Under the pieces are notes generated by a model. It was given only the letters and a program-made list of their open reading frames with translations, did not search any database and had not been told where the DNA came from. A program made the position numbers and the translations under genes. From Vermamoeba vermiformis (Eukaryota), in assembly GCA_045837725.1 (NCBI GenBank), contig JBEWZL010000069.1, forward strand, positions 62,001 to 126,000: a stretch of 64,000 nt of DNA. The letters are read 5' to 3'. Positions 17,214 to 30,912 of the stretch are shown piece after piece; position 1 is the stretch's first letter, and each line of letters begins with the position of its first letter.

Positions 17214-19481
17214 TTATATGCTTCCGCTATCACTAAGTGATTCTTGAAGCTGTTCATTGTCGCTGTCCTCTGAAGGCTTGGGTTCAGAGTCAGATTCGGC
17301 CGACACCGGCATGAAGTCCATTTCGCGAGTATGAATTACACTCCACCAGTAGATCCTATTGTCCGAGAATATAGCATATAGATAATTGGATTCAGCTGAG
17401 TACCATAACCAAGTACAAGTCGGAAACTTTTCGTTCAAAAGATCAGATTTCGAAATCTGGGGTGAGACGCAAACTATTTGCCGTTTGCTTTCCAAATCCT
17501 AAATTCAACATATATTAGCACATATTATAATACTATAGGCGTCAGACCTTTTCAATTTTGAGTCAACCTTGCGGATTCACAAAAAAAAAATTCAATTCAA
17601 TACCAACTTACGTAAACTAGCAGGCAAGGTCCATTAGAGCACGTAATATGACTTTCATAAGGAGAGAAAGCCAACAAATTCGGGTTAGACGCATCGAATT
17701 TTCCTTCAATAACCAAGGTTGCTTTTTGAAACAAAAACGGTTTGATCGCTATTTCAGTCGGGGTTAACGATGCAACCGACCTAAAAAAAAGATGAAATTT
17801 CAGAAATACTTTAACTAGGACTAGTATTTCATTAGTTTTTATGAACACTTACTGTCCTTCCGAAAGGTTCAAGTTGCTGAATCCGTGCGGCGAGGTTTGA
17901 ACTTGAAAAGTTTCGAGGTATCTTAAGCTATGGAGGGATGCGACTAATATCGACTTCAGTGGCTATATATAGATCTTGGCGCATTGTATCGTAGTATAAA
18001 CCTGTCAAACAAGAATGTTAGCAAAGATTTTTTTTGCAGTACAAGTTAATGACACGTGTCAACTAGAGGTCTTCATGACACGCCACAAATGTCAATTGCA
18101 AAGACAGGTAATCCGTGGACATGAACCGCTGCTGTCCAAATGACACGTGTCAAAGTGTCACCGGACACGTGCACAGTCTTTTTGCCTATATTTGGACAAT
18201 CATCGGTCATAAGCACCACGTGAGTGACGGACACGCCTCGATGACAGGTGTCAAGTCGGCTATAGTGTCGATAAAGTGCTGTACAAATAATGACACCTGT
18301 CAAGTTTTAATACCTACCGGTGATAACATGGTCCGATTTGAAGCCATGTTTCTTGAGCTTGTCTCCGACGTAAAAGTAAACTTCGTGTTTTGACGCGGCA
18401 AACAAAAACGGCAAGTCAAAGTTTCGGTCGCTGAAGTACACGTGACAGATCGGTTCTGGCAACTGTTTGGTGTCTATTAACGTCATTTTGTTCGTTGCAT
18501 CAAAGTACCATTGACTGATTTTGCCGTCCTAGAACAAATCTTTCGTTAAAATCGCTTTCATTTTTTTGGATGTCGATCGCAAAAAAAAAAATTTGTTCAC
18601 ACCTTAGCGCCGATAACAAAATTGGTTTTAACGCGCGGAGTGTAGTAAAAGCACGTGATTTCACTCGTGTGTTCATGAAGCGTTTGAGTTATTTCGTATC
18701 GATTTTCAGTTTGATGTTGTTCACAGACAAAAATTGTTCCGTCTGCAGTTCCAACAATGAGTTTATCGAATATAGTTATTCCCTTGACTAGTCTTCTAGT
18801 AGTAGGAAATGATATAGATTCTTCTTGGTGATATAAAGCAAGCGTTTCATCGCAAAAATTAAACGTCGGAATGTCCAGCGTGTCAGATCTGCCTCGTTGA
18901 TAAGTGAATAATCGAACTCTTTTGGCTATATTTCGATATAATTCAATAGGTACTCCTGGATTTATACTCGTTCGAATTTCTATCAGCGATTTGTGGCTAA
19001 TTATAGCTTTTTCTAATTGTGCAAGATCTTCAGCCGCGGTTGGCAGTTCGTCTAATCGAAGGTACTCTAGTGCAGAATATTTTGATATTATTTCAAATGC
19101 TGAGGGAAAGTTTTGATGCTCCGGATCTAAGCCTATCAATCGAGTAAAAATTACTTTTAATTTTGAAAATTAATTTTTTCGCTCTAAGCTCTTACTTGAG
19201 AGGTCAAGATACGTGACAATATTAGGATTGCTTCGATTTAATAGAACCAAAGGATCAATATTATTCTCCCATTCGTCCAACTCAAAATGGGTCCGCGATC
19301 TCCAAAGCAAATCTCGAAACTCCTTGCTAACCGCTTGAATTCTAATCAAAATTACTTAGATATTGTAAATTAATAGACTACAGATTTATAATTCTTACGA
19401 CAAGATGGCTGGGATGCTTTTCCGTTCCAAAAACGAACAGATGTGCAATTTAATTTCAATCGGTAATGCTTCGAACTCCAT
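17214..19481 (-). CDS. F-box protein with LRR-like and WD40-like repeats
   Basis: N-terminal F-box MEFEALPIEIKLHICSFL; LEYLRLDE LRR-like segment; LIVGTADGTIFV and TLHEHTSEITCF WD-like segments. Confidence 0.7.
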
Positions 19482-19601
19482 TTAGTCTATTGAGAAATAA
19501 TCATTACCTTGTTGTTTGGGTTTTGGGACCTAACTTTGGGGCTTGACTAAAGTTTGACCAAAAAAATTTGCCGCCATAATATATACGTGTATTTTGAACG
19601 A

Positions 19602-20524
19602 ATGAACACAAAATCGAGAACTATAGGCTTGTTGAGGCATATTAACGAGCGATATGACCTCGGAGTATGCCTTGACGCATTTCTGGCGACACCATTTTTC
19701 AGATTGAAGCTTCTGTTGCAGCTACAGGTGAGCAAAAATTATAATATCTATTTAATATGTATATATTAATATTTTTAGGTATATATGACTCGTACAAGTT
19801 ACTTTAAACGCGTGCAATAATTTACTAATTTTTATTTTGGATGCAGCACTATTATTTGGTTACTGGGGAGATAGATAAGCGTAAGACTGTTATTGGATGG
19901 ATACGGTCGATGTTAATGGAGGGTGGTCTGAGCGCACTATTCAAAGGTGGTGTTCTTCGTTCGATAAAAGCGATCTCATCCGAACCGCGCGCGCCATCGA
20001 ATACGCAACAGTCATTCATCAAGAAACTGATCAAAAATATTATTTTATTCACATTATGGCAACCTATTGACAGCTTGGTCGTATTGGTGATGGGATCTAC
20101 TTTGCGATCGACTCCAAAAATCTTGGCAGGCGTTTTTTCATCACCGAAAGGATTTATCGCGCTTTATAATGGTATAATTATTGGAATTATTGGTATTATC
20201 ATACAAAATATTGCCCTTGAAGGATTTAGCCGGATCTGGTCAAAATATTTCCAGCGAAGCCTCAGTGGACTCAAGGACCTTCCTATTAATATTTTAGCCT
20301 CTATTTTTTATTACCCTTTTAACACCATTCATCGGCAAATGATAATTACTGGAGTTAACGAGGGAATTTTCGGATCGAAAAAGTTGAACTTGTTATCGCT
20401 ATTCAAGCAACCTTTGTACGGCGGATTTTCACTAGAAATTGTTCGCTTAGTGTTTAATTTCCTAGCGAATGATTTTATAGAACTCTATCGTCTTTACAGG
20501 AGAGGCTGGAGTCAGATCAAATAA
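19602..20524 (+). CDS. Divergent mitochondrial carrier family protein (one intron)
   Basis: Three degenerate carrier signatures PFFRLKLLLQ, PIDSLVV and YPFNTIHRQM, followed by GGLSALFKG, GFIALYNG and LYGG. Confidence 0.75.
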
Positions 20525-20725
20525 AATAAACGAGGATTAGCGTAGGTGCTTTCACTTTGCCTGGATTCATTGCACACTATTGCTTTCATTAGACTGTTAG
20601 TTTCCATTCGATCTTCATCATCCCAATATAAAAATCTGCAAACGGTCCTTTTTTTTGCCCACGGGCAGGCAGAAGCAAACAAAACCAGAACTCCGGATAA
20701 AAGACACATAACTTCGAACGCGAAC

Positions 20726-21046
20726 ATGCAACAAATTGTTTTTATGGTATCCAACACCACTTCTGGTGCTAAAGTAAATCTGCGAGCCACTATCCCCAAA
20801 ACCCCAGTAGAAATTAAGAAAATCATTGCCGCAGGGTTAGTCGCGAAGAAATTATGGAAAATCAAGAGTGAAGAAGACATTAGCGAAGTTGTACTTCCGA
20901 GTGGCAAGTCGTGTCCAGAGTTAGTCGTCATAAACGACGGAGATACATTTTTTATTCGAATAGGCACAACGAAACAAAGCAGGCGAATTTTTAACAAACA
21001 AACATCCATAGGGAGCTCAGAGTTATCTCCTCTATTGATAAATTAA
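20726..21046 (+). CDS. Small hypothetical protein (106 aa)
   Basis: Open ORF from ATG 20726 preceded by an A-rich leader; no recognised motif. Confidence 0.35.
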   Translation: MQQIVFMVSNTTSGAKVNLRATIPKTPVEIKKIIAAGLVAKKLWKIKSEEDISEVVLPSGKSCPELVVINDGDTFFIRIGTTKQSRRIFNKQTSIGSSELSPLLIN

Positions 21047-21414
21047 CGGTGTTAGTTGTTAATAAAATAATTTGTATTTTTTAAACTCGGATCAATTAAA
21101 CTCATTTGTTACGTAAATGCCAGTAGACACCAGTCATAAGTTATGTTATGCCAAATATCCACAAATTAGTACTTATTTGCTTCGCAATTTGAATGGGCAT
21201 TCCCTTTTTCACTGTGGTATAGAAACAATGTTTTTCGAAACACGTTTCCTGCCGCGGTTTCGTTGGTAAAATAAACAATGTTTCGGTAGAAAACAGTGTT
21301 TTTTGGACCCGTTGTAGTAGATCCAGGGAACCGATTATGATATATATCTACTATTAATTATGCGAATAAAATTGATTTATTTTAAAGTTTACACTAATAT
21401 GTATAGTAAATTAA

Positions 21415-23356
21415 TTACAAATTGTACAAGCGAACTAAATATTCGTTGTACAAGATAGCAACATTTGTGTCTTCAACCGCGTTCAAATTCACTTTCCAGG
21501 CAAGGCTCTGTAATACAGATTATTATTGTTTAACTATCGAATTATGACTGTTGTTACTTACGTCGTAAAGTTCCAATGTATTAGGAAAAGATTCGTTTCG
21601 GTACGCAACTGGCGCCAATAGATTCAAGCCCAAGGCAAAAATCGATCTCTCGTAATCATTGAGTGATGGTTGATACTTACTAAGTCTATCGGACAACTCG
21701 GAATTTATAGTTATCGCTTCATTTCGGTAGAAGTCATAAGTGACGACCAATCGAAGGAGTGCAGTATAGCATTTTGTTTTTATCTTGTCCCACGGCAATG
21801 CGATCATCAAGTCACTCGCTTCTTTGGCTGATTTTGGATCCTGTTGATTGATGAGTCATTTGCAATTCTGTAACGCATAAAAAGTATACCTTCTTTATTC
21901 CGAGACTCCAAAGAGCGTTTGCTGTTGAAGTTGGGCTAATTTTGAAGGTCAAATATGCTAGAAGGGCCAGAAAAACCTAGACTCGATTCATTAATATCAT
22001 ATTGTTACTCTCAAAGCAACGTACGTGAAATCGGTGCTGTGCAACTTGAGGTGAAACAATCGTATCGGATCTTACTGACAGATCAATCAATAGCTACGTA
22101 GATTAGTAATTAGTAAAAAGACAAACGATAATACTTACAGTATATAAGCGAACGTTGCGATCGACGTAGGGGGCATCGAATGACAATGAATGCTCATTTT
22201 CATCTTCGTCAAACATCAATTTGACACGATTAGTGCTAGAGCGAAGCAGAACACTCTGATAGTATAACGTGAGCAAAGCAAGTACGAATCTACGTCACTT
22301 AATAAACTTACCTTCATTGCAGCACCGCTAATGTTCATCGTGCCCTATGAAAATGTCAATCGAGGTAGCACAGTAACAGATTATCATACCAGTGTATTCA
22401 AGGATGAAATTATGCTTGCTCTCGAGCTGCTTTTGTCCGGTTTCGGAATAAATGTTTTATCGCTTGGAACCAAAAACAAGCCCTCGATGTCCAGTACGTT
22501 AAACTTGAAAGTTGAAGCTTTTGCTGCATCTTTAATCAAGACGACTTGCATTTCCGGAGTTGGCGTGCGCTTTTTTGGGGTTTGCGCGCCTTGATTATTG
22601 TTATCGCTGTCCAAAATCAGCAACGCGTAGTACATTAATGTTAACTTACACAATCTTTTTGTTACGCAGAACCATTGACGCTGCCTTGCCGTCATCGTCC
22701 GATTCACTAGTTTCACTGAAACGATCAGCATTAGCATGATGTCATCGTTTTACTTACTCCAACTGTAATTGACTTTGTTCAACGATGTTCTCCGACTCGC
22801 TGTCGTTGACGTTGGCATTGGCTGCGAGTTCGAGCTCTGCCTGATGCTGTTTGACATTGCAATAAGTACGGTAATGAGATGCTAAAGAACCTACTCTTTT
22901 AATAGCACGGTGTCGACCTCGTAAGTGCTCCCACAATCTGGTTTTAATTACTCGTCTGATGATCTTCATACCAACTTCAGATAGCATTGCGTTCTTCTCG
23001 GACTGCCTGTGTCGTTGGTCGGCATAGAGACGGATGATGTGATTAAATTTTTTGCTTCCGATGTGCTCTATGAATACTTAGAAACCAAATTCAATCGGGT
23101 AACACAAACTTACTCTCGTATAAGTCTGACTCGCGGGACAAAACATCGGGCACTTCTGCGATCTGTTCGAGGTTCAGCATGAAGCGAGCACGTAGGTCTT
23201 CTTTTGTCTCCCGCAACAATTTGGTAAGATCCTATAAATTATTGTGAGAATAGTATGCCAAATAAGGGATCGACATACGCGAGATGTTCTATACAAAACT
23301 GCCGCCACAATTGCTCGGATCTCGGTGGCAGACTGGATTAAAAGCGCGTTATTCAT
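21415..23356 (-). CDS. Transposon-borne accessory protein of unknown function, multi-exon
   Basis: Short GT-AG introns separate coding segments (DLTKLLRETKEDLRARF; MKIIRRVIKTRLWEHLRGRH; ...ILYNEYLVRLYNL*). Lies inside the TIRs. Confidence 0.65.
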
Positions 23357-23733
23357 TGTGTTACGTTATGTTTCAGTAATAACAACAGTTTGGTTTTATG
23401 TGTGGTCCTTCGAGTGGAAACACAAGTAATTTGCAAAATTGAAACTGCGTTTTGTGTTTCAACTTTTTTTTTTACCAATTGCCGCCCAATTCTTTTGTTT
23501 GCGTTCAGTTATCCATGTATACCAAGGATATTACAATAATATATGTGCAACAGCTGGTGACGTTGAATGAGGTGCGGTGCCAAAGCAAATATTTGTGGTT
23601 GCCGTCGAGAATTTGTCTAGTTGAAATAAATATCCAACAACTATCGGAGAACTATTGAATTTTATACTTTAATCTCGTGGTTGTGTTGACTTAACGCAAC
23701 ACGGAGCGGATCCAATTTTAACATTTTCCAATA

Positions 23734-26693
23734 ATGAACACACACTTCTGTCCTATTTGTCCGGTGTCATTTGATCATTTTGATCGTCTGTGTCTTCACT
23801 TTGCAAGCCACTTTGTGGTAAACATAATGCCTTGATTAACTTTTCGCGCTTAGTAATCGATTTTAGAACGCTGAGGAAGACGTCTCCGACAGCGAAGTCA
23901 TGGAAGTGGAAATTGACCAAGCAATTGCTGATGACGCTGAGGAAGAGATACGTGGAAACTTAATTGTGAGAGAGACTGCCCCAGGTGTGTAATTCCAGTT
24001 TCAGCAAAGTACGTCAACTGACTGAAATTTCGTCGTGTAGCTTGCGCCGCGTGGAGCCTGGAGCAGAATGTTTTGCTTAGATTGATGACTTTGCATCGCA
24101 TAGGGGCTGTTTCTCGCGAGTCAATTTTGGAGATGCTATCACTGTGCAAAACTATTGCTTCGTTAGACGCTGACATCACGATTCGGAAAATGCTAAACTT
24201 TGAACGCGATTTCAGCGCAAACACGTTCTGCTTAAAACCTCACCATCGTTTCGTGGAGAGTACAAGTCTAGGAACAACCAGGACTTTCAAGATTGGTTTT
24301 ATTCCGTAAGTTCGCTGTTGTTGTAGATCGCGACCCTATATTTACTAGTAAATGATTGATAGGATTGCAATGCACATTGCACGCGCATATCGAATAGAAG
24401 AATGCAGTCGTAAATATCAGCTATGGAAAGAAAACGAACAAAATTTTGACGATATGAAAGACTTGTATGATTTGCCTCGCTTTCGGCAAAACCCGTTGAT
24501 GCTTGAAGACAGACGAAATCTCCTTTTGATATTCTACGTCGATAAAGTAAACCGCAATCGACAAGTGAACCTTGGCTGGAAGAATGTTTGGGTGCTTCGG
24601 TGCATTCCCGCTCAGTTGTCAATGCAAGAACGAGCAGACATGGAAAATTGGTGGGACCTCACGTTCGTACCTGGCTTCTTGCTTAAAGAGAAAGGTATAT
24701 TTCATCAACTCCTGCGTACTCGTACTAAACCTGTGTAGGAGTCAATTATTTTTTGGACCCCTTCGTCGAAGAGCTACTGCAACTTCGAACCAATGGCACA
24801 AGAGTTTTTGACGCATTAAAACGGGAACAGTTCTTATGCAAAGCCGACTATTTCGGAATAATTGGCGATCTTCCTGCCGTCGCCAACGTAGTATACTTTA
24901 AAGTAAGATAAACAGATTCGTTTTACCCTCGATTGACGTTGGGTTATCGTCAGGAAGGTGGTTACTCTAAACTCCTACGCTGGTGCATGCATTGCTTCGG
25001 TTTGCAAGGACAAACGTTCGATGAGCCGCCTCGCGTTAACACAAAACATTCTTGCGTGTTCGTCGAATTTGCCAAAATGAACAAATTGCACGATGCCGAG
25101 AACCACGCAAAATTCTTGGGAGTTAACGGTAGGTAACGAACAGCCTTAAATTGCTTAATTATTCTTAAAAAATTATTTGCAGGGTGCACATCGTTTTGGA
25201 AGCTTGAATCTTTCAGTACAGATACGATTTTCAACGATTTTTTTCACACCGTTCTTGAAGGAGAATTGAAAAAGCTAACGAATGAATTGTTCCACTCCAA
25301 CGCTCGCACTAGTACTGGCCAAGTGATACAGTACTCAATATTCGATCAAACTGAACTCAATATGATCAATATGATAATGGGCAGTCTGCCCTTACGACAA
25401 GATGATGAACGAATGGTAGATTTCGTTCGACGCCATCGATTTTACAGGTGCGTTCGAACAAAACCGATATGACGTAATATGTCATTAACTTTATTGCTTT
25501 AGTGGCCACCAAATGTATCTCTGGCTTCGCGTCGCTCTTCCTGTCTTGCACGAATATTTGCCAAAAACAGAGTGCGATTGCCGCGAAGGAATTCGAACCC
25601 AAATTGACAATGACTTACTAGAATATTTTGACCTCGATAAAACGCATCAATACTGGGATCATTTTGTTGGCATAAGAGAGTTCTGCGTGCTCTACATCAG
25701 ATTGACATCACATCTTGGTCTCAAGTTAAGCGTATGTACTGATTACGACGTTCTGTTCAATTAAACTAATAGCGGTGGTAGAACGAAACAATTGCTAACT
25801 ACAAAGAGCACATTAAAAAGATTATCCGATTAAATATGCACTTATATGGAAGCTCGTTCGCAACGATTAAGACTCACACTGAAGGTTCGTATTACTGTAT
25901 CTTTTCAAGGCAGCAAATTGACGTTCGCTCATAGCCTGTCATAGCATCGATCTCATGAAATTTCAAGGAAAACCTGGTTGGCTACAGTGTTTTACGCCCG
26001 AACGTGATAATCACAATATTAAAAGGTTGAATATCAATTCTAAAGATGTATTCTATCATCTGCTTAAATTGTCCGGTAAGTAATGATGGCAGCGATGTTT
26101 ATCGACTTTCTAACGCGTGATCAGAGATACAAAAGTCTGTGCACTTGTGCAAAGCATCGTCCAACGATTCTAAGGCTCAAGCTAGAGGTGGCGGTCTATA
26201 CAAACCATTCGATAGAAATTTCATGGAGTTTATTACCCGAGAGTATCAGCGATGGAATATACAGTTTCCGCAAGAAGCTGACACATTTGCGGTATCATAC
26301 AATACTATTACACTTGAACATTTTGAACTACACAAAGACAGTTTTTTTCAGTTCATTTCACCCAACAATTCTTACAGCGTTTCTCGGCTGCTCTACGTTC
26401 TTTATTACGGCGCAATGTATTGGATTGTAGCTGTAAGTATGATTATTAGATTAGTGCTGCACGATACTAACCATTTACCGCAGCGGGAATACAGTACCAA
26501 CGGAGAACCTGACCCTGACGTTGGTCTTCTGAAGCTCTATTTAGAGCAAAATACGATTCTTGTCCCTGCCGACAAAATTGCATTTCAAGTAATCGTGTTG
26601 CCCAAAAACTTGGAGTATTTTGTCCGCAACCATCAAACTTTCGATACTTGCGGTGAAACGCAGCCATATTATTGGCTCTGTAACGAATTTTAG
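23734..26693 (+). CDS. EnSpm/CMC-like DDE transposase with N-terminal C2H2 zinc finger, 10 exons
   Basis: CPICPVSFDHFDRLCLHFASH finger; core LLLIFYVD, LDPFVEELLQL..NG, IIGDLPA, CMHC, DFFHTVLEG, KTH, WLQCFTPER. All junctions in frame. Confidence 0.82.
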
Positions 26694-26819
26694 CGTGGCC
26701 GTGTTTTTTTAAATAAACGTTGTTTTTTATCAATACACAGCGGGAAAAGGCGAAAAACATTGTTTCTATACCACAGTGATTTGTTTGTAAATTTTCGAAA
26801 ATTATCTCTGAAGCAAGCA

Positions 26820-28258
26820 ATGGGCAACACAAGTCAACGAGCAAAATTAACATCGAGTCAAAATAACTCGATTAGTGACTCCTCAAGTTCGCTGGGCTCT
26901 GCACTTGCAGCTCTGGCGGTGGATGGAGCTGAAGTTCCAGCTGAAGTTTCCCAGTTGTCGACAACTACGTCAAACCCACTTAAAAAGAGTTTAGTATTTT
27001 CTATTGAAGAAGGACATGTATTTGGCGATGGCTTGGAGTTGGATTTGCTCCCAATGGAATTGTGGGATCTGATTCTCTCGTTCTGTGACGATCATACTAC
27101 TGCCCTAGTAATTCCCAGAATATGCAAAGTGCTATATAATGTAACGTCGGCCGATAGCATGTTTTGGAAGTTCAAATCTAGAGTTAGACACGGGGATGAA
27201 GAGAAGCCAGAAGTGCAAACTTGGAAACGATTTTATTTTAGTAGTAAGTATATTATTGCAATATTAATTAGCAATTTTTCATAATTAAATTCGTTACCTG
27301 TGAAAATTTAATTTCATCTGGAATTCCAAATTCTACTTCAACGCCTTTACTCACATTATAATTTCCAATAATGCAACGTAATATCGATATATTATTTATA
27401 TTTACGCGATAATATAACTTAGAATATTTACTAACGGCTAAACAACAGACAACATCAAACTGTTTCCGTTACTCGGTTTCGAGATCGGCAACGCGACTTA
27501 CGCTGAGTTATTGAAGGCAAAAGGAGCTGTAGCAAATACGTCAGGTCAATCGCGCTACGTTACCATCGAAAAACACAACTTTTGGGTCGAATCCGCTGAA
27601 CCTGGCAAATTTACTTTCATGTACATTGTTCGCAACATTTATCCTCTCCCTGAGTAAGTTAAAACGCGATAATATATAAGTGTCCTTTATTACTTATCCA
27701 TAGCCAAGTCAAATCGTCTAATTTCTCATTCTTTTGTACATCCCGCATCTGGAATGCTGAAAAAATGTACTATGCTAATATTTTTATATAGAACGTGGGA
27801 AGCACAAGGGTTTACGTGGAAGAAGTCGTTCAACGAGTACAAAAAGTTCTTCAAACGCTGGCCAGGCAATTACGTAGTGACCGAAGTACCGCACAAGAAA
27901 GAATTTATGAACAAGAACTGTTTTACAGCGCGAATATCGTCTATTGCTAAAGACAACGGCATGTTATATCAACTCGATATGCAATTTGGCTACGTTGAAG
28001 GTGAGTAACGTCGTGTAACGAACGCTACATCCGGATCGAAAATTTAATACTCTTCTTAGCATTGATAATAATTTTAAAGTGTCAAATATTAATACGTAAT
28101 TTCTTTGAATAGGAGATGAGGATACAGAAGGAACTTTGTACAGTATTTCCATCACATCTGCTAACGCGTACAACGGAGGCACGTCGCAATCGTACAAACC
28201 GAGATACGAGAACAAAGTTATCAGAGATGCACCTGTGAAAGGAGAGGTTTATATTTGA
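26820..28258 (+). CDS. F-box protein with putative N-myristoylation signal
   Basis: MGNTSQ start; LDLLPMELWDLILSFCD...ICK...FWK F-box; spliced to TGA at 28256-28258. Confidence 0.75.
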
Positions 28259-28844
28259 ACAACATATAATAATATATAAAAGGCGGTTGTTTCTGGTTGA
28301 ATTACGGAGAACTTTCTTGGCTGGATCTGCCCAAACGTTACAAGGTAATAAAACTTACCTTTTCCTCGTATTTATGCTCTAAGCTCTGTTATTTTACCGG
28401 AGTTGCTAGCAGATATTGATTCTTAAGAAATGTATTTATTTAATTATCTCAGTTCAATACCTTACGCTAGAAGTTTATCCCACTGTTGCAAGTTAATTAT
28501 AAAATTAATATTAATAAGTTACTAACCTCTCTAATTAATTAGAGATTCCTTTCGTTCTTGATAGCGATACTGCTTGCAAGATCCATTTCGAACTTTTTAT
28601 TGGGACAGAAAGTTTCGACCGAGATATTCGGCAGGACACTACCGAGGTACCTAAAAGTTTAAATAATACCATATATAGCATTATTAGCGCAACGTTCAGC
28701 CCAAAATAGCTCATTTGGGAACTTGATCCACATTTGGTGAATCACTGGACATTTTGTCTCGACCCCGAAATTGATTCTGACGACTCGCCAAATCAAAACA
28801 TAATCCGTTTATAGTAATCTACAACACGAGTCATATTTGTAATC

Positions 28845-30794
28845 ATGATCCGTATTGTTTTATGTGTATTATTATCGATGATGTCGTTAGCGCTCTGCGC
28901 GGTCGAAATTCAATCTGGTCAATTTGCTAATACGACGTATATATCGCCTAGGTACTTCACTTCGTGTAAGTACAGCCATATTAAACTATTTTACTCGTCA
29001 AAATTTCAAGATCTAACTTTGCATTTTATTCAGTCGAAGATTTTGGCGGATTCGATCCAGTAACTGGCTATATGACGACATATAACGCTAGTGATGTCTC
29101 AGGGAAGATCGTTCTCGCGTATTCATGGCTAACTGGACCAATGGGCTTTCATGAACTTCAAAATAGAGGCGCGATCGGCATCGTGGTTATTGATTGGCAT
29201 CAAGGTAGATCTTTTTTTCCTTAAAAATATAGTAAACAATACTAATAACACTATGGTATAGTTACTGGCGGTAGTTATTGCCTTTTTGCGACGTTAATTG
29301 AAAACGTTTCAATTCCAATCGTCGAAATTACTTACGCAAAGGGATCTAATGAGGAAGATACAGTACTTAAATTCGCCGACAGCGTATTTCAAGGAGATCA
29401 GCCTTTAGTCACTATAGCACCCGATGGTATGCGTTATTATATAATTTATTTGACGTTCGTCAATGTGAAATTACTGGATTGGATCCACAAATCGTTGTGT
29501 TGAAACCCCAAAAATATTCATATTTTCGATTTTATGCGATTAAATTCGTTTTTATTCCTAATTTCTGCAGCGAATTGTAAGCCCGTTAATTAACTTAATT
29601 TTTTTCTATATTTAGATAACTTATGGCGCGCTATGTATACCTCTATAGCCTATATTATCTTATTCCGAGCGATGTTTGGTGCCGTCGGAGTTGGTCTCAT
29701 AATCTTTGCCGCAGTTAAAATGGCGTTCTTTATCAGAATTCAAGGATCGCAATTCAATGTACCTCAAGTATGCTTAGCTTTGGAAATTATAGGAAATTTA
29801 AGTAAGTATTGACGGTAGTAATAATTATCCGTACCTAATCTTAATTTCCGAAGTTCGGATTCTTTACACGGTTGTCGATCCGTTTGGATGCGAGAATACT
29901 TTTGGCTATGCGGCTGGTCTTGTTCTTCAATCACTATCCATTCCATTCAATCTCTCAACTTTTATGCTTATAACATTTTATTGGTAAGTTCCGATCCAAT
30001 TAAACTAGCGGATTCGATCTGATATTTTTTTGTTAGGTACGAAGCCATTACAGATGCATCGATCCAGATCTACGCGTTCTTAAATAAGCTCAAAGTGGCA
30101 TTTTTCGTCGTAACAATCGTCATTATCGTCGTCCAAATCGTTCTCAGTATTTTGGCCGTTTACGCTACATTCAACAACATTGTTCCGCTATCAGTCATAT
30201 TCATCGTCATATCAGCTGGATTCCTAGTGTTCTATATCATCACCGCCGTTCAAGTATCCAAACGAATTAGAAAGGCTCTGACAATGACGGCACCAGATGT
30301 AGACAAGATCAACAATTTGAAAAACGTAAGTATCAAACCCCTTTATTCGCCTTTATTTTACTCGCTTATTTATCGCATTTATAAATCTACTTACAAGTTT
30401 GGTGCCGCTTTTTACATATAAAATTTGTAATTGCACCAGATCGTCGACCGTCGTAAATTTCCAGTAAAAAACACCTTATTAATGTATACGGTTATCAATA
30501 CTATAGGTAACGCAAAAAATGATATTCAGCGGCGTGGCACGAGTGATCGTTATTATTGTTGGCGTAGTCTACGCAGCTGGCAATAATTTCCTTGAAGGAA
30601 CACCAATTAATCGTGTAACTATTTGGTCTATGATATACGTGGCGTTATATCTGGATAGTTTTGCACGCATATATCTATTCGATACGAATAGAATTGCACC
30701 AACGAAGAGTTCAGGCGGATCTGCTACGACAAAGAATTCGAAGTCACTCAGCTCGAAAGTTAGTAGAACTGACGTTACTAGCCCTGAAAACTAA
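28845..30794 (+). CDS. Signal peptide + PA-like domain + multi-pass (about 7 TM) membrane protein
   Basis: Signal peptide MIRIVLCVLLSMMSLALC; DVSGKIVL..GAIGIVV..SIPIVEI PA-like segments; series of hydrophobic helices; Ser/Thr-rich tail. Confidence 0.7.
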
Positions 30795-30912
30795 GAATCG
30801 ATCATATAGAATCGAATATCTTATTTATTCCCGTACAAAGGTTGATTATTTTGACGAAAATTCATGTAGAAAAAAAAGAATTAAATTATGTTATTATTTA
30901 TTAATTTCAACC

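Larger units (their letters stand above)
21210..26778 (+). mobile_element. CACTG-type EnSpm/CMC-like DNA transposon, 5569 bp
   Basis: Perfect 28-bp TIRs CACTGTGGTATAGAAACAATGTTTTTCG (21210-21237 and 26751-26778), subterminal AAACA(A/G)TGTTT repeats, two divergent internal genes. Confidence 0.9.

Noticed and set aside
18073-18393. Overlapping short ORFs on both strands
   Set aside because: Lie mostly in the motif-rich intron of the F-box/WD gene.
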